The notes under the pieces: generated by a model | What the model was told of the DNA's origin: nothing | Databases searched by the model: none | The model's input: only the letters and a program-made list of their open reading frames with translations | Shown here: in pieces, positions 48,465-59,139 of the stretch | Numbering within the stretch: the first letter of the stretch is position 1 | Layout: each line of letters opens with the position of its first letter | Assembly (NCBI GenBank): GCA_041908065.1 | Contig: JAYRGC010000039.1 | Location: 2,481 to 66,480, forward strand | Source of the DNA: Alphaproteobacteria bacterium | GTDB lineage: Bacteria > Pseudomonadota > Alphaproteobacteria > UBA9219 | Direction: 5' to 3' | DNA length: 64,000 nucleotides | Made by a program: the position numbers and the translations under genes

Positions 48465-50729
48465 TCACCTGAGATTTAGCCGTTGGGCGTTCACTACCAC
48501 GATTATGGATGAAGAGGCCATAGCCACGGCGGCTATCAACGGAGTGACGTGCCCCAGCATGGCCAGCGGCACGGCCAGCGCGTTGTAGGCGAAGGACATT
48601 ATGAAATTCTGGCGCACCAGACTTTCCGCCCTTTTGCTGGTGGACATCGCCTCGATCACCGGAGCCAGCGCGTCGCCCTGAAACACTATGTCGGCGGCGT
48701 TTTGAGTTATGTCCAGCGCGGAAGAAGGAGACATCGACACGTCGGCGGCGGACAGCGCGGGCGCGTCGTTCAGCCCGTCGCCAACCATCAGCACGCGCTT
48801 GCCCGAGCTTCGCATCGCCTCGATGGCCGCGCATTTCTCCGCCGGTTTCAGGCCGGAGCGGAAATCAGAAATGCCCAGAGCGCGGGCGGCGGATTCCACC
48901 ACCTTGGCGCGGTCGCCGGACAGCAAAACCACCTCGCATCCCATGCTTCGCAGTTTTTCGACCACTTCTTTCGCGTCGCTCCGCAATTCGTCGGCGAAGG
49001 CGAAGCGGGTCGGAGGCTCTTCCTCGATCTTCAGCCACAGCTCAGGCCTGTCGTCGTTGGGAGCGGCCATGTCGCCGCACCAGTCGCGGCGTCCCAGCCG
49101 CGTACGCCGCCCTTCGACGACGCCTTCCATGCCTTGGCCGGAGGTTTCGGAAACTTCAAACGCTTGCGGAGCGACGCAATCTTTCCCGACCTCGGACATT
49201 AAGGCCTTGGCGAGGGGATGGCGGCTGTGGGCGGCGAGGGCGGCGGCCAGACGCAAGCGGTTGTTCGCTGTGATCGTGGCCGAGGATGTGGCCGTGCCGG
49301 TTTCTACGATTTCCACCAGCTTGGGCTTGCCCATGGTGAGCGTTCCGGTTTTGTCGAACGCTATCACATCCACGTCGGCCAGACGTTCGATCGCGTCGGC
49401 TGATTTCAGCAGCATTCCGCGCTTGAACAGCCTGCCGCTGGCCAGAACCTGAACGGCGGGGACGGCAAGCCCCAAGGCGCAGGGGCAGGTGATGATTAAA
49501 ACCGTCATTGCCGTCAGCAACGCCGGTTGCCATGCCGTTCCCAAGGCCAGCCAAACGGCGAACGTGCCGAACGCCAGAATATGCACGACGGGCGTGTACC
49601 ATCTCGCCACGCGATCGGCCAGACGAACGTATAGGGCGTGGCCTTGTTCGGCCTTTTCCATCAGCTTGATGACCTCGGCAAGCAGGCTTTCTTCTCCGGC
49701 TGCGGTGATGCTGACGGTTATCGGCGACAGGACGTTGACCATCCCGCCGAACACCCGAGATCCTTCTTCCACCGGCTGCGTGACAGTTTCTCCGGTAATA
49801 AAGCTGGGATCTATTTCCGATCTGCCGCCTTCCACTACTCCGTCGGCGGCGACGCGCTCTCCGGCGGCTATTTGCAGGATCATTCCCGATTTCAGCTCTC
49901 TTATCGGCAAGATGCGGCGGTTGCCGCCGGATTCCACCACCGTGGCCGATCCGGCCATCATGGCCAATAAATCCTGCGCCGCCGCGCGGGCGCGGCCTCG
50001 GGTTTTACGATCGAGATAACGTCCTATCAGCAGCAAGAACAACAGCATGACGACGGAATCGAAATACGAATGCTCGCCGTGGTTTATGGTTTCGAAAAGG
50101 CTCATCGCGGTGGTGAGGATCAAGGCCACAGATATGGGAACGTCCATGTTGGCGCGGCCATGCCTTAGGGCGTTCCATGCCGAGGCGAAGAACGGGCGGC
50201 CTGCGTAAAGCATGGTGGGAATGGAGATCAACGCCGCCGTCCAGTGCATCATGGAGCGGGTGGCGAAGCCCATGGTTTCGGTCGAAGAAGACCACAATCC
50301 CACCGACAGCAGCATGATGTTGCCGGAGGCGAATCCGGCCACGGCCATGCAGCGCATCAGGAAACGCTCCTCCCGCCTGTCGTCGTTATCCAGTTGTTTT
50401 TGATCGAAGGGCATGAACTTATAGCCCTTGGCGGCGGCGATGCCGATAAGCTCGTTTGCGCGGGAGGGATCGCCTTTCCAGCGCAAGGCCAGACGCTTGG
50501 TGGTCAGATTGACGCGGGCGGAAACTTCGGCTTCGGCGTTGAGGACGTTTTCTATGAGAAAGGCGCAGGAGGCGCATTTGATCCCCTGCACCATCAGATA
50601 TATGGCGTTTTCCTCCCCCTCGCGCAGGACGAACGGCGAATAATCCTGAACGCTCGAGTTGTCGTCTTTGTTTTCTTCCACCACAAGGTCTCCGTAGGCA
50701 AGTGACAAGGGACAGGTCTTTACTCGCAT
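48465..50729 (-). CDS. heavy-metal (Cu+-type) translocating P1B-type ATPase
   Basis: N-terminal HMA domain GIKCASCAFLIENVL, TM CPC motif ITCPCALGLA, DKTGTLT phosphorylation site, and GDGLNDAPAL hinge. The ORF-track N-terminal 270 aa overlap rnj and are rejected; the start is at MRVKT. Confidence 0.85.
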   Translation of the reverse strand: MRVKTCPLSLAYGDLVVEENKDDNSSVQDYSPFVLREGEENAIYLMVQGIKCASCAFLIENVLNAEAEVSARVNLTTKRLALRWKGDPSRANELIGIAAAKGYKFMPFDQKQLDNDDRREERFLMRCMAVAGFASGNIMLLSVGLWSSSTETMGFATRSMMHWTAALISIPTMLYAGRPFFASAWNALRHGRANMDVPISVALILTTAMSLFETINHGEHSYFDSVVMLLFLLLIGRYLDRKTRGRARAAAQDLLAMMAGSATVVESGGNRRILPIRELKSGMILQIAAGERVAADGVVEGGRSEIDPSFITGETVTQPVEEGSRVFGGMVNVLSPITVSITAAGEESLLAEVIKLMEKAEQGHALYVRLADRVARWYTPVVHILAFGTFAVWLALGTAWQPALLTAMTVLIITCPCALGLAVPAVQVLASGRLFKRGMLLKSADAIERLADVDVIAFDKTGTLTMGKPKLVEIVETGTATSSATITANNRLRLAAALAAHSRHPLAKALMSEVGKDCVAPQAFEVSETSGQGMEGVVEGRRTRLGRRDWCGDMAAPNDDRPELWLKIEEEPPTRFAFADELRSDAKEVVEKLRSMGCEVVLLSGDRAKVVESAARALGISDFRSGLKPAEKCAAIEAMRSSGKRVLMVGDGLNDAPALSAADVSMSPSSALDITQNAADIVFQGDALAPVIEAMSTSKRAESLVRQNFIMSFAYNALAVPLAMLGHVTPLIAAVAMASSSIIVVVNAQRLNLR

Positions 50730-50771
50730 ATAATTGTGGCACGAAGGCGTTTCTGTGGCTATAAGGCCAAA

Positions 50772-52451
50772 ATGACACATAAACGCAAAGACTCCCATCG
50801 TCCGCCCGAAGACGCGCTGTGGTTCCTGCCTTTGGGGGGATCGGGCGAGATCGGGATGAACCTCAGCCTTTACGGAACCGCCGGAAAGTGGCTGATGGTC
50901 GATTGCGGCATAACCTTTCCCGACGACATGACTCCCGGGATCGAGGTTATAATGCCGGACATTTCCTTCATCGCCGATCGCCGCGACGATCTGGTAGGGT
51001 TGGTTTTGACCCACGGACACGAAGACCACTTGGGCGCGGTGGAGTATCTTTGGCAGCATTTGCGGTGTCCGGTGTATACTACTCCATTCACCGCCGGCAT
51101 TTTGCGTTCTAAATTGTCGCATTCGGGGCAAGAGCGCAGCGTCCGCATAATCGAACAACCGATAGGCTGTAACTTCACGACAGGGCCGTTTTCGGTCGAG
51201 ATGATCCACGTCACCCATTCGATACCCGAAGCGCACATGTTGTTGATAACCACGCCCTGCGCCAAGGTTTTGCACACCGGCGACTGGAAGCTGGATCCCG
51301 ATCCCGTTATAGGCCCCTTGACCGACGAGGCGCGGCTTAAACGGCTGGGTAACGAAAAAGTGACGGCGTTGGTGGGGGATTCCACTAACGCTCCGGTTCC
51401 TGGGCGCTCCGGTTCGGAGATGAGCGCGCGCGAAGGCTTGGACGCGATATTGGGGCGGTGGAAACACCGCGTGGCGGTGACGTGCTTCGCCAGCAACGTC
51501 GCCCGCATCAAGTCGATAGCGGCGGCTGCGGCCAAGCATGGCCGCAAGACGGCCTTGGTGGGGCGGTCGCTATGGCGCAATTCCGAGATAGCCGAAGCCT
51601 GCGGGTATCTGCCGGAGTTCAACGATTTTCTTGAACCGGCTGAGGCCATGCGGCTGCCGAAAAGCAAGGTTCTTTTGATATGCACCGGATGCCAAGGCGA
51701 GCAACGCGCCGCGCTTTCGCGCATCGCTTCCCAAGATCATCCCGAGGTGAAGCTGGACAAGGGCGACGCGGTGATATTCTCCTCGCGCGACATTCCCGGG
51801 AATGAACGCGCCATCGGCAGGACGCAAAATCTTTTGATCAAGAACGGAGTGGAAGTGATAACCTCGCACGAGGCTCCGGTTCACGTTTCCGGCCATCCTT
51901 GCCGCGACGAGGTTGCCGATTTGTACAGGTGGGTAAAGCCGAAATTCTCGGTTCCTGTTCATGGAGAGCTGAGGCACCAGACGGCGCATGCCAGAATAGC
52001 CGCGGAATGCGGAGTTAGCGAAATCATCATCGCCGAAAACGGGATGACGATAGATCTTTCGCGCGGGGCTCCGGCAGCCGTAGCCAGAGCGCACCATGGA
52101 CGCATAGGAATGGACGGCAGGGTCTTGCGGACGCTCGCCGGCGACACGTTGAAGCACCGCCGTCGGCTCAGCAACGACGGAGCCTTGGTCGTCACTCTGG
52201 CCATAGACGGGCGAGGCAAGCTGGCGGGGGATCCGCAACTGTCGATAATGGGGCTGGACGAGGGCGAATATCTGGACGACATGCGCGACGAGCTGGCGGC
52301 TGAAATACGCACCGCCGTGCGCTCCTTGGGACGCCGCGATGCCGAAGACGACGATTGCGCCAAAAAGGCGGTCATGAAGGCGGTTCGCCATCTTTTGACG
52401 GAATCCCACGGCAAACGCCCGATGATCGAAATCCATCTGGTAAGGGTTTAG
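50772..52451 (+). CDS. rnj: ribonuclease J (beta-CASP metallo-beta-lactamase family)
   Basis: LVLTHGHEDHLGAVEYL (HxHxDH) with beta-CASP and C-terminal domains. About 560 aa. Confidence 0.85.
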   Translation: MTHKRKDSHRPPEDALWFLPLGGSGEIGMNLSLYGTAGKWLMVDCGITFPDDMTPGIEVIMPDISFIADRRDDLVGLVLTHGHEDHLGAVEYLWQHLRCPVYTTPFTAGILRSKLSHSGQERSVRIIEQPIGCNFTTGPFSVEMIHVTHSIPEAHMLLITTPCAKVLHTGDWKLDPDPVIGPLTDEARLKRLGNEKVTALVGDSTNAPVPGRSGSEMSAREGLDAILGRWKHRVAVTCFASNVARIKSIAAAAAKHGRKTALVGRSLWRNSEIAEACGYLPEFNDFLEPAEAMRLPKSKVLLICTGCQGEQRAALSRIASQDHPEVKLDKGDAVIFSSRDIPGNERAIGRTQNLLIKNGVEVITSHEAPVHVSGHPCRDEVADLYRWVKPKFSVPVHGELRHQTAHARIAAECGVSEIIIAENGMTIDLSRGAPAAVARAHHGRIGMDGRVLRTLAGDTLKHRRRLSNDGALVVTLAIDGRGKLAGDPQLSIMGLDEGEYLDDMRDELAAEIRTAVRSLGRRDAEDDDCAKKAVMKAVRHLLTESHGKRPMIEIHLVRV

Positions 52452-52519
52452 GCGAAACGCGGATGGATCTACGCAAAACTGGTGGGTAGTTTGGTAGATG
52501 TAAAGGTTCCGTCATCTCC

Positions 52520-52730
52520 CCTGTTACAGCCAAAGGCCGGTCATTGAGAGGTCTACGGCCAAAGGCCGTCATGCGAGGTCTACGGCCAAAGGCCGTCATT
52601 GCGAGCGTCGCCCTTGCGACGCGAAGCAATCCAGAGTCATAGAACAACGGCACTGGATTGCTTTGCGGCCTGAAGAAGGCCGCTCGCAATGACGGCCTTT
52701 GGCCGTAACAGGGTAGATGCCGGCCTTTGA
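52520..52730. repeat. family-A nested palindromic repeat, copy A7, with tandem GGCCAAAGGCCGTCAT sub-repeats
   Basis: Three tandem ggccaaaggccg(g)tcat(t/g) units precede the A core (gtcattgcgagcgtcgcccttgcgacgcgaagcaatccag...ctggattgctttgcggcc...ggccgctcgcaatgac). Confidence 0.85.
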
Positions 52731-52735
52731 CCGTA

Positions 52736-55402
52736 TCAAGCCGCGTCGGCGATGGCGGATTCCACCGCCGCTATGGCCTTGGGCAGGGCTGAGGGATCGG
52801 GGCCTCCGGCTTGGGCCATGTCGGGGCGTCCGCCGCCGCCTTTTCCGCCCAAGGCTTCGGCTCCGGCCTTCACCAGTTCCACCGCGCTGATGCGGCTGGT
52901 CAAGTCCTCCGTCACCGCGACCACCAAAGACGCTTTGCCGTCGCAGCCCGAGGCGAGGGCGATGACGCCGGATTTTATCTGCGCCTTAAAGGCGTCGGCC
53001 ATGGGCTTAAGCTCCTTGGCCGGAACGCCGTCGAGCACGCGGGAGACGAAGCTCACCCCTTTTACTTGACGCGGTTCTTCCTGCGCGGTTCCCGACGCTT
53101 GTCCGCCGCCCAGCGCGACTTGCCGCCGCAGCTCCGACACTTCGCGCTCCAGACGGCGTTTTTCCTCCAGCAGTTGCGCGGCGCGGGAGGCGATTTCCGC
53201 CACCGGAGCCTTGAGAACTTCAGCCGTTTCGCGCAACGTCGCCTCTTGGCGCGACAGCATTTCCAAGACCGCCGCTCCGGTCACGGCCTCGACGCGGCGC
53301 ACGCCCGCCGAAACCGCGCTTTCGGAGATTATCTTCATCATGCCGATGTCTCCGGTCAGGCGGACGTGAGTTCCGCCGCACAGCTCCACCGAGAAATCGC
53401 GCGCCGCGTCGTCGTCGCGTCCGCCCATCGACACCACGCGCACTTCGTCGCCGTATTTCTCGCCGAACAACGCCATAGCTCCCTGTTCCACCGCCTCTTG
53501 CGGGGTCATAAGCCGCGTTGTCACCTCGGCGTTCAGGCGGATGCGGCGGTTGACTTCGGCTTCGATGAGAGCCAGATCCTCGGCGTTCACCGGAACCGGT
53601 TGGCTGACGTCGAAGCGCAGACGCTCCGCCGACACCATCGAGCCTTTCTGCGTGACGTGTTCGCCCAGACGTTCGCGCATGGCGGCATGCAATAAATGCG
53701 TGGCCGAGTGGTTGGCGCGGATGCGTCCGCGCCGTTCGCCGTCCACTTGCAGCGACACGGTGTCTCCGGTCTTGACGGAGCCTTTCTCGATCCGCGTGTG
53801 ATGCGCCCAGACCCCGCCCGCCTCCTTGCGGGTGTCGGTGACGGTCAAAACCGCGCCGCCGTTCGTGGTTATAGTGCCGGTGTCTCCTACCTGTCCGCCG
53901 GATTCGGCGTAAAACGGCGATTGGTTGACGACGACCTGCACGTCCATTCCTGCCTTGGCGTCGGCCACTCGCGTCCCGTTGCGTACCAAGGCGGTGATCT
54001 GCCCCTCGGCGCGTTCGGTGGAATAGCCGAGGAAATCCGTCGCGCCCAGCTCCTCGCGCAGTTCGAACCACAGCTTGGCGGTTCCGGTTTCTCCCGACCC
54101 CGTCCAAGCCTCACGCGCTGCCGCCTTTTGTCGCGCCATGGCCGCGTCGAAGCCGCCGGTATCTACAGCCAGCCCGCGTCCGCGCAGAACGTCCTGCGTT
54201 AAATCCAACGGAAAGCCGAAAGTGTCGTAGAGCTTGAAGGCTACTTCGCCCGCCAACGGCTTGTCTTTGGACAGCTTCGCGGTTTCTTCGTCCAACAGCT
54301 TAAGTCCGCGATCTAACGTCTGGCGGAATCTGGATTCTTCCAGTTTCAGCGTCTCGGTTATCAAGGCCTCGGCGCGCACCAGTTCGGGATAGGCCACGCC
54401 CATCTGCTTCACTAATTCGGGAACCAGACGGAAGATGAGGGGTTCCTTAGCTCCCAGTATATGCGCGTGGCGCATCCCCCGCCGCATGATGCGGCGTAGG
54501 ACATAGCCGCGTCCTTCGTTGCTTGGCAACACGCCGTCGGCGATGAGGAAGGCGGTGGCGCGGAGATGGTCGGCGATGACGCGGAAGGAAGGTTTTTGTG
54601 CGCCTTCGGGATCGACCTTCACCAGCTCGGCGGTGGCGGCGATCAACGCTTTGAACAGATCGATGTCGTAGTTGGCGTGGACGCCCTGCATAATGGCGGC
54701 CAGTCGCTCCAGCCCCATGCCGGTGTCGACGGAAGGGCGCGGCAGGTTGACGCGCGAGCCGTCCGGCAGCTCCTCGAACTGCATGAACACGAGGTTCCAA
54801 AATTCGAGGAAGCGGTCGCCGTCCTCGTCCGGCGAGCCTGGGGGGCCTCCTTGCAATTTGTCGCCTTGGTCGATGAATATCTCCGAACACGGGCCGCAGG
54901 GGCCTATGTCGGCCATGCGCCAGAAATTGGCGTTGGTATTGATGCGGATGATGCGGTCGTCGGAAAATCCGGCGATTTTCTTCCATAACGCCGCCGCCTC
55001 TTCGTCTTCGTGATAGACGGTGACCAGCAGCTTTTGCTTGGGCAATCCGAAATGTTTGGTGACCAGAGTCCAAGCGAACTCGATGGCTTCGGGCTTGAAA
55101 TAGTCGCCGAACGAGAAATTGCCCAGCATTTCGAAAAACGTGTGGTGCCGCGCGGTATAGCCGACGTTCTCAAGATCGTTGTGCTTGCCCCCCGCCCGCA
55201 CCGACTTCTGCGCCGTGGTGGCGCGTTTATACGGGCGATGCTCGGCTCCGGTGAACACGTTCTTGAACTGCACCATGCCGGAGTTGGTGAACATCAAAGT
55301 GGGGTCGTTGCGCGGAACCAGCGGCGAGGATTCCACCACCGTGTGTCCGTGTCCGGCGAAATAGTCCAGAAACGTGGAACGTATGTCGGCAAGGGTTTTC
55401 AT
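52736..55402 (-). CDS. alaS: alanine--tRNA ligase
   Basis: Class II catalytic core, editing domain and C-terminal DHHA1-like region. The start was chosen at [15 protein letters not shown]. Confidence 0.9.
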   Translation of the reverse strand: MKTLADIRSTFLDYFAGHGHTVVESSPLVPRNDPTLMFTNSGMVQFKNVFTGAEHRPYKRATTAQKSVRAGGKHNDLENVGYTARHHTFFEMLGNFSFGDYFKPEAIEFAWTLVTKHFGLPKQKLLVTVYHEDEEAAALWKKIAGFSDDRIIRINTNANFWRMADIGPCGPCSEIFIDQGDKLQGGPPGSPDEDGDRFLEFWNLVFMQFEELPDGSRVNLPRPSVDTGMGLERLAAIMQGVHANYDIDLFKALIAATAELVKVDPEGAQKPSFRVIADHLRATAFLIADGVLPSNEGRGYVLRRIMRRGMRHAHILGAKEPLIFRLVPELVKQMGVAYPELVRAEALITETLKLEESRFRQTLDRGLKLLDEETAKLSKDKPLAGEVAFKLYDTFGFPLDLTQDVLRGRGLAVDTGGFDAAMARQKAAAREAWTGSGETGTAKLWFELREELGATDFLGYSTERAEGQITALVRNGTRVADAKAGMDVQVVVNQSPFYAESGGQVGDTGTITTNGGAVLTVTDTRKEAGGVWAHHTRIEKGSVKTGDTVSLQVDGERRGRIRANHSATHLLHAAMRERLGEHVTQKGSMVSAERLRFDVSQPVPVNAEDLALIEAEVNRRIRLNAEVTTRLMTPQEAVEQGAMALFGEKYGDEVRVVSMGGRDDDAARDFSVELCGGTHVRLTGDIGMMKIISESAVSAGVRRVEAVTGAAVLEMLSRQEATLRETAEVLKAPVAEIASRAAQLLEEKRRLEREVSELRRQVALGGGQASGTAQEEPRQVKGVSFVSRVLDGVPAKELKPMADAFKAQIKSGVIALASGCDGKASLVVAVTEDLTSRISAVELVKAGAEALGGKGGGGRPDMAQAGGPDPSALPKAIAAVESAIADAA

Positions 55403-55705
55403 AATCGCAGCTCTGTCTGTTGGTGAACATGGTCGGCGCAAGCCCGTTTCCTATTGTATTGCCCATACGCTTGCTTTACGCAAGTGGCGCAAAGCCCGCT
55501 AGGAAGCCGTTTATGGGGGGCGTAAAGGCGGAGTTCAGGAATAAAGGATGGTAAAACCACCATGAAAACAAATAAATACTTGATTGTATTTAATGTGTAA
55601 GATTATATCTGGGACTTAATGGCGTATTTGCGGTCTGGCACATAGGGGTGGATGCCCAAAGCGTGTTAGCACAGAGATTATGGATACGTTTTTAGACATT
55701 GAGGG

Positions 55706-56236
55706 ATGAAAAAGATGAAAAGAATTATGCCGAACATAGTCGGGGCGTTTATTGTCGCCTCAGCTTTCTGTTTCAATTCTAATTCCAATGCGGAAGACGG
55801 GCAAAATCAAGGGCGGATAATAAGCCATCCGCTGCAAGGCACGAACATAAAAACGCTTTGTAAAGAATGGGCATTGGTGGTTATCGGCCAATCAGGTGAC
55901 CTGTTGTCAGAACTGAAGTTATCCAGAGAAGGAGACAGAAACAGCAGGGATTTTGCCGGATATTTTATTTACGAAAATGTCAGGATGAATCTTTTGGGGA
56001 GATGTTGGGGCGAAAACTGCGGAGTTTCACGGATTGCGTTTTCTCAGGGCACGGGAGAATACGTGAACATTGATGCTGCCGAAGCGGCGAAGAAAATCGT
56101 CGCCCCTATCGCAGGGTTGCTTGGTAATGTGTGGGTGAGAACATGCTATGTGTTTTCAGACGGGCATACAGCCTCCCATCCAACCGACATTGCAGCGTCG
56201 CCTAAGGGAAACTATGCCGCGCCGCTAATCAATTAG
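55706..56236 (+). CDS. hypothetical secreted protein (low-GC)
   Basis: Signal peptide MKKMKRIMPNIVGAFIVASAFCFNSNSNA and 4 Cys. The gene and its 300 bp upstream are AT-rich relative to the window. Confidence 0.45.
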   Translation: MKKMKRIMPNIVGAFIVASAFCFNSNSNAEDGQNQGRIISHPLQGTNIKTLCKEWALVVIGQSGDLLSELKLSREGDRNSRDFAGYFIYENVRMNLLGRCWGENCGVSRIAFSQGTGEYVNIDAAEAAKKIVAPIAGLLGNVWVRTCYVFSDGHTASHPTDIAASPKGNYAAPLIN

Positions 56237-56240
56237 AGCC

Positions 56241-56621
56241 TCATTTCCCCTTCTTCTTAAACGCTGCCGCCAGCTGTTGCATGACCGAGGCTTGGCGGGC
56301 GGAGGATTTGGGCGGCGGGGGAGGGGGCGTGAAGGCGCGCCGATCGCCGCCTTTGCCGGAGGCGATCATCGCATCGACATCCTTGCGGGAAAACCCTTCC
56401 GCCGATTTTCCCTTGTCTTTGGACGCGCTTTTGCCGGAGCGCGAGGCGTTTTCGATCGCCGCCGTGGCGATGGCTTTCAGATGCGGCTTGGTAATTCCCA
56501 ACAGCAAGATCTGGTCGCGGGTAGCCCAAGCGACCAGCGTCTTGCGCGCTTCGTGGCGGTCGCCTCCCGCCGCCTTTAATGCCGCCGCTATTTTCGCGCC
56601 GACGTAATCGTCTTCAGCCAT
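56241..56621 (-). CDS. hypothetical protein (start overlaps kdsA stop)
   Basis: 126 aa, Ala/Lys-rich with a PPPPPP stretch. Translationally coupled to kdsA. Confidence 0.4.
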   Translation of the reverse strand: MAEDDYVGAKIAAALKAAGGDRHEARKTLVAWATRDQILLLGITKPHLKAIATAAIENASRSGKSASKDKGKSAEGFSRKDVDAMIASGKGGDRRAFTPPPPPPKSSARQASVMQQLAAAFKKKGK

Positions 56622-57486
56622 TGCTGCCTCCTTTTTTGGCGAGTCTATCGAATTCCATCAGGCGTTGCATCAATTCCGGCAGCTGCTTGAGGGGAACCAT
56701 GTTGGGGCCGTCGGAGGGGGCTTTGTCGGGATCGGGGTGGGTTTCCATGAACACCGCCGCCACGCCCACGGCCACCGCCGCCCTTGCCAAGTAAGGAACG
56801 AAACGCCTGTCTCCGCCGCTGCGGTCGCCTTGGCCCCCGGGCTGCTGCACCGAATGGGTGGCGTCGAACACCACCGGATAGCCGGTTTCGGCCATGATGG
56901 GCAGGGCGCGCATGTCGTTGACCAGAGTGTTATAGCCGAAACTTACCCCGCGTTCGCACAGCATTACGCGGTCGTTTCCGGTCGAGGCCACCTTGGCGGC
57001 CACGTTTTTCATGTCCCACGGCGCGAGGAACTGGCCTTTTTTGACGTTCACCGCCTTGCCGGTAGCTCCGGCCGCCAGCAGCAAATCGGTCTGCCGACAC
57101 AAAAAGGCGGGAATTTGCAGCACGTCGACCGCCTCGGCCGCCGGAGCGCACTGCGCCGCGTCGTGGACGTCGGTGACCACAGGGAGTCCCGTTTTCTCCC
57201 GCACCTCGGCCAGTATAGCCAAGCCTTCCTTCATGCCGACTCCGCGCACTCCGCCGATGGAAGTGCGGTTGGCCTTGTCGAAAGAGGATTTATATATGAC
57301 GTTTACGTTCAGCTTTTTGGCGATGGAGGCGATTTCGCCGCTGACCTCCATGGCGTGGGCGCGGGATTCCAAAACGCAAGGCCCCAGCAGAAACGTCAAT
57401 GGCAAGTCGTTGCCGATGGAAATTTTTCCGCCGGAGGCTTGAGAGATTTCGATGTGTTTGGACATGCGCCACTCCTTAACTATCAT
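56614..57486 (-). CDS. kdsA: 2-dehydro-3-deoxyphosphooctonate aldolase (KDO8P synthase)
   Basis: DAHP/KDO8P synthase TIM barrel with [19 protein letters not shown] and DVHD motifs. Alternative start at 57465. Confidence 0.85.
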   Translation of the reverse strand: MIVKEWRMSKHIEISQASGGKISIGNDLPLTFLLGPCVLESRAHAMEVSGEIASIAKKLNVNVIYKSSFDKANRTSIGGVRGVGMKEGLAILAEVREKTGLPVVTDVHDAAQCAPAAEAVDVLQIPAFLCRQTDLLLAAGATGKAVNVKKGQFLAPWDMKNVAAKVASTGNDRVMLCERGVSFGYNTLVNDMRALPIMAETGYPVVFDATHSVQQPGGQGDRSGGDRRFVPYLARAAVAVGVAAVFMETHPDPDKAPSDGPNMVPLKQLPELMQRLMEFDRLAKKGGSNG

Positions 57487-57497
57487 TATCTACGGCT

Positions 57498-58271
57498 TTA
57501 TTCTTTGGCCATCTTCCTGCGATAGCTTATCCATCCATAGGGCATGACCGCGACGTAGGTAAGGCCGACGCCCATCAGCGTCAGCCATGGCTCGGTTATC
57601 AACGCCGCCACCAAAAGGCAGGCCCCCAGCATCACCGGAGCCACGAAGATGGGCGCGATGCGCCGCCCCTTAAGCGACATCGTGGGCAGGCGGCTAACCA
57701 TCAGGCCGCCGACGATTATCAGCCATACGGCTATGGCTTGGGGGATTTGAGCATATGGTCCGAATTCCAGCCAAGGAAACAAGGGCAACAACGCCAGTCC
57801 GGCTCCGCCCGGGGCGGGGACTCCGGTGAAATAGCTTTTCGCCCATTGCGGCGCGGAGTGATCCTCCAGCATGGTATTAAAGCGCGCCAGACGCAGCGCG
57901 GTGCAGGCCACGAACGCTAATACAGCTATCCAGCCGATCGCGCCGCCCTCTTTCAGCGTCCACATATACATAATGAACGCCGGAGCCACGCCGAAGCTGA
58001 TGCAGTCGGAAAGGCTGTCAAGCTCGGCACCGAATTTGCTGGTCATGTTCAACATTCTGGCTATCCGTCCGTCCAAAACGTCGAACACGGCGGCGATGAC
58101 GATGGCGATGGCCGCTTCTTGCCATTTGTCCATCATGGCGAAGCGCATCGCGGTAAGGCCTGAACACAGCGAAAGCATAGTCAGCAGATTCGGCAACAGC
58201 CGCGTTATCGGCAGATCGCGCACCTTTCTTCTCGCGTGGTTTGCGTCGCCGTTTTCGCCTTGTCCGTTCAT
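57498..58271 (-). CDS. pssA: CDP-diacylglycerol--serine O-phosphatidyltransferase
   Basis: CDP-alcohol phosphatidyltransferase motif DVLDGRIARMLNMTSKFGAELDSLSD. Downstream of psd. Confidence 0.8.
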   Translation of the reverse strand: MNGQGENGDANHARRKVRDLPITRLLPNLLTMLSLCSGLTAMRFAMMDKWQEAAIAIVIAAVFDVLDGRIARMLNMTSKFGAELDSLSDCISFGVAPAFIMYMWTLKEGGAIGWIAVLAFVACTALRLARFNTMLEDHSAPQWAKSYFTGVPAPGGAGLALLPLFPWLEFGPYAQIPQAIAVWLIIVGGLMVSRLPTMSLKGRRIAPIFVAPVMLGACLLVAALITEPWLTLMGVGLTYVAVMPYGWISYRRKMAKE

Positions 58272-58984
58272 CTCATTTCACCATGCCGCCGTTTTTCCGT
58301 GGAGGAGCAATCGGCTAAGACCGTTTCGCCGCCTATCATGTATTGCCCCACCTCGACCAAGGGCTGCAAGCCCACGGGCAGGTAAACGTCGGCGCGGCTG
58401 CCGAAGCGGATGATGCCGAAACGCTCTCCGGCGCGCAGGCGATCTCCGGCCTTGACTTGGCAGATTATTCGCCGCGCCACCAATCCGGCGATTTGCACCA
58501 CGCCGAGAAGCTGTCCTGAATACGGATGTTCTCCGCCAAGCCGCAGCGCGACCGAGGCGCGTTCGTTGTCATCGCTGGCTTTATCCATCGAGGCGTTCAC
58601 GAACTTTCCGGCGCGGTAATGCGCCGCCGCCACTTCGCCGTCCGCCGGAGAGCGGTTCACATGCACGTCGAAGACGTTGAGAAAGATGCTGATGCGGATC
58701 CGCTTGTCGCTGCCGAGGCCGAGGGAGGAATTCGGCGAAACCTCGGATACGGCAACCACCTTGCCGTCGGCGGGGCTGACTATCAGTCCGTCGCGCATGG
58801 GGGTGACGCGGTCGGGATCGCGGAAGAAGTATACGCACCAGACGGACAGTATCGCCCCCAGAGCGAACAGCCCCCAGCCGAACAGTCCTAGAACCACTGT
58901 GACGACGGCGAATATGGCGATGAACGGCCATCCGGCGGGGTGTATCCGAGGAATCAGGGTGTATGGTTTCATGGCCGTTCCCAA
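58268..58984 (-). CDS. psd: phosphatidylserine decarboxylase proenzyme (short alphaproteobacterial type)
   Basis: Conserved PSD blocks including the GS cleavage/pyruvoyl region (RFGIIRFGSRADVYLP). Overlaps the pssA start. Confidence 0.8.
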   Translation of the reverse strand: MGTAMKPYTLIPRIHPAGWPFIAIFAVVTVVLGLFGWGLFALGAILSVWCVYFFRDPDRVTPMRDGLIVSPADGKVVAVSEVSPNSSLGLGSDKRIRISIFLNVFDVHVNRSPADGEVAAAHYRAGKFVNASMDKASDDNERASVALRLGGEHPYSGQLLGVVQIAGLVARRIICQVKAGDRLRAGERFGIIRFGSRADVYLPVGLQPLVEVGQYMIGGETVLADCSSTEKRRHGEMR

Positions 58985-59139
58985 AGGAAATTAGATGAAA
59001 GGCAAGCGGCGCATTATATCAACGATGCTGGAAACAGCGACATAAAAATCGAAAGCGCATTATGGCAAACTGGCGCGTAATATGTTAGAACAGGTTCTTA
59101 GTTCTTCCGGAGGGTTTCGTTCCAACCGCCGTCACCTCG

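Noticed and set aside
50730-51539. N-terminal 270 aa of the 1024-aa P-type ATPase ORF
   Set aside because: Overlaps rnj on the opposite strand and has no ATPase features. The HMA domain starts just after the internal MRVKT Met.
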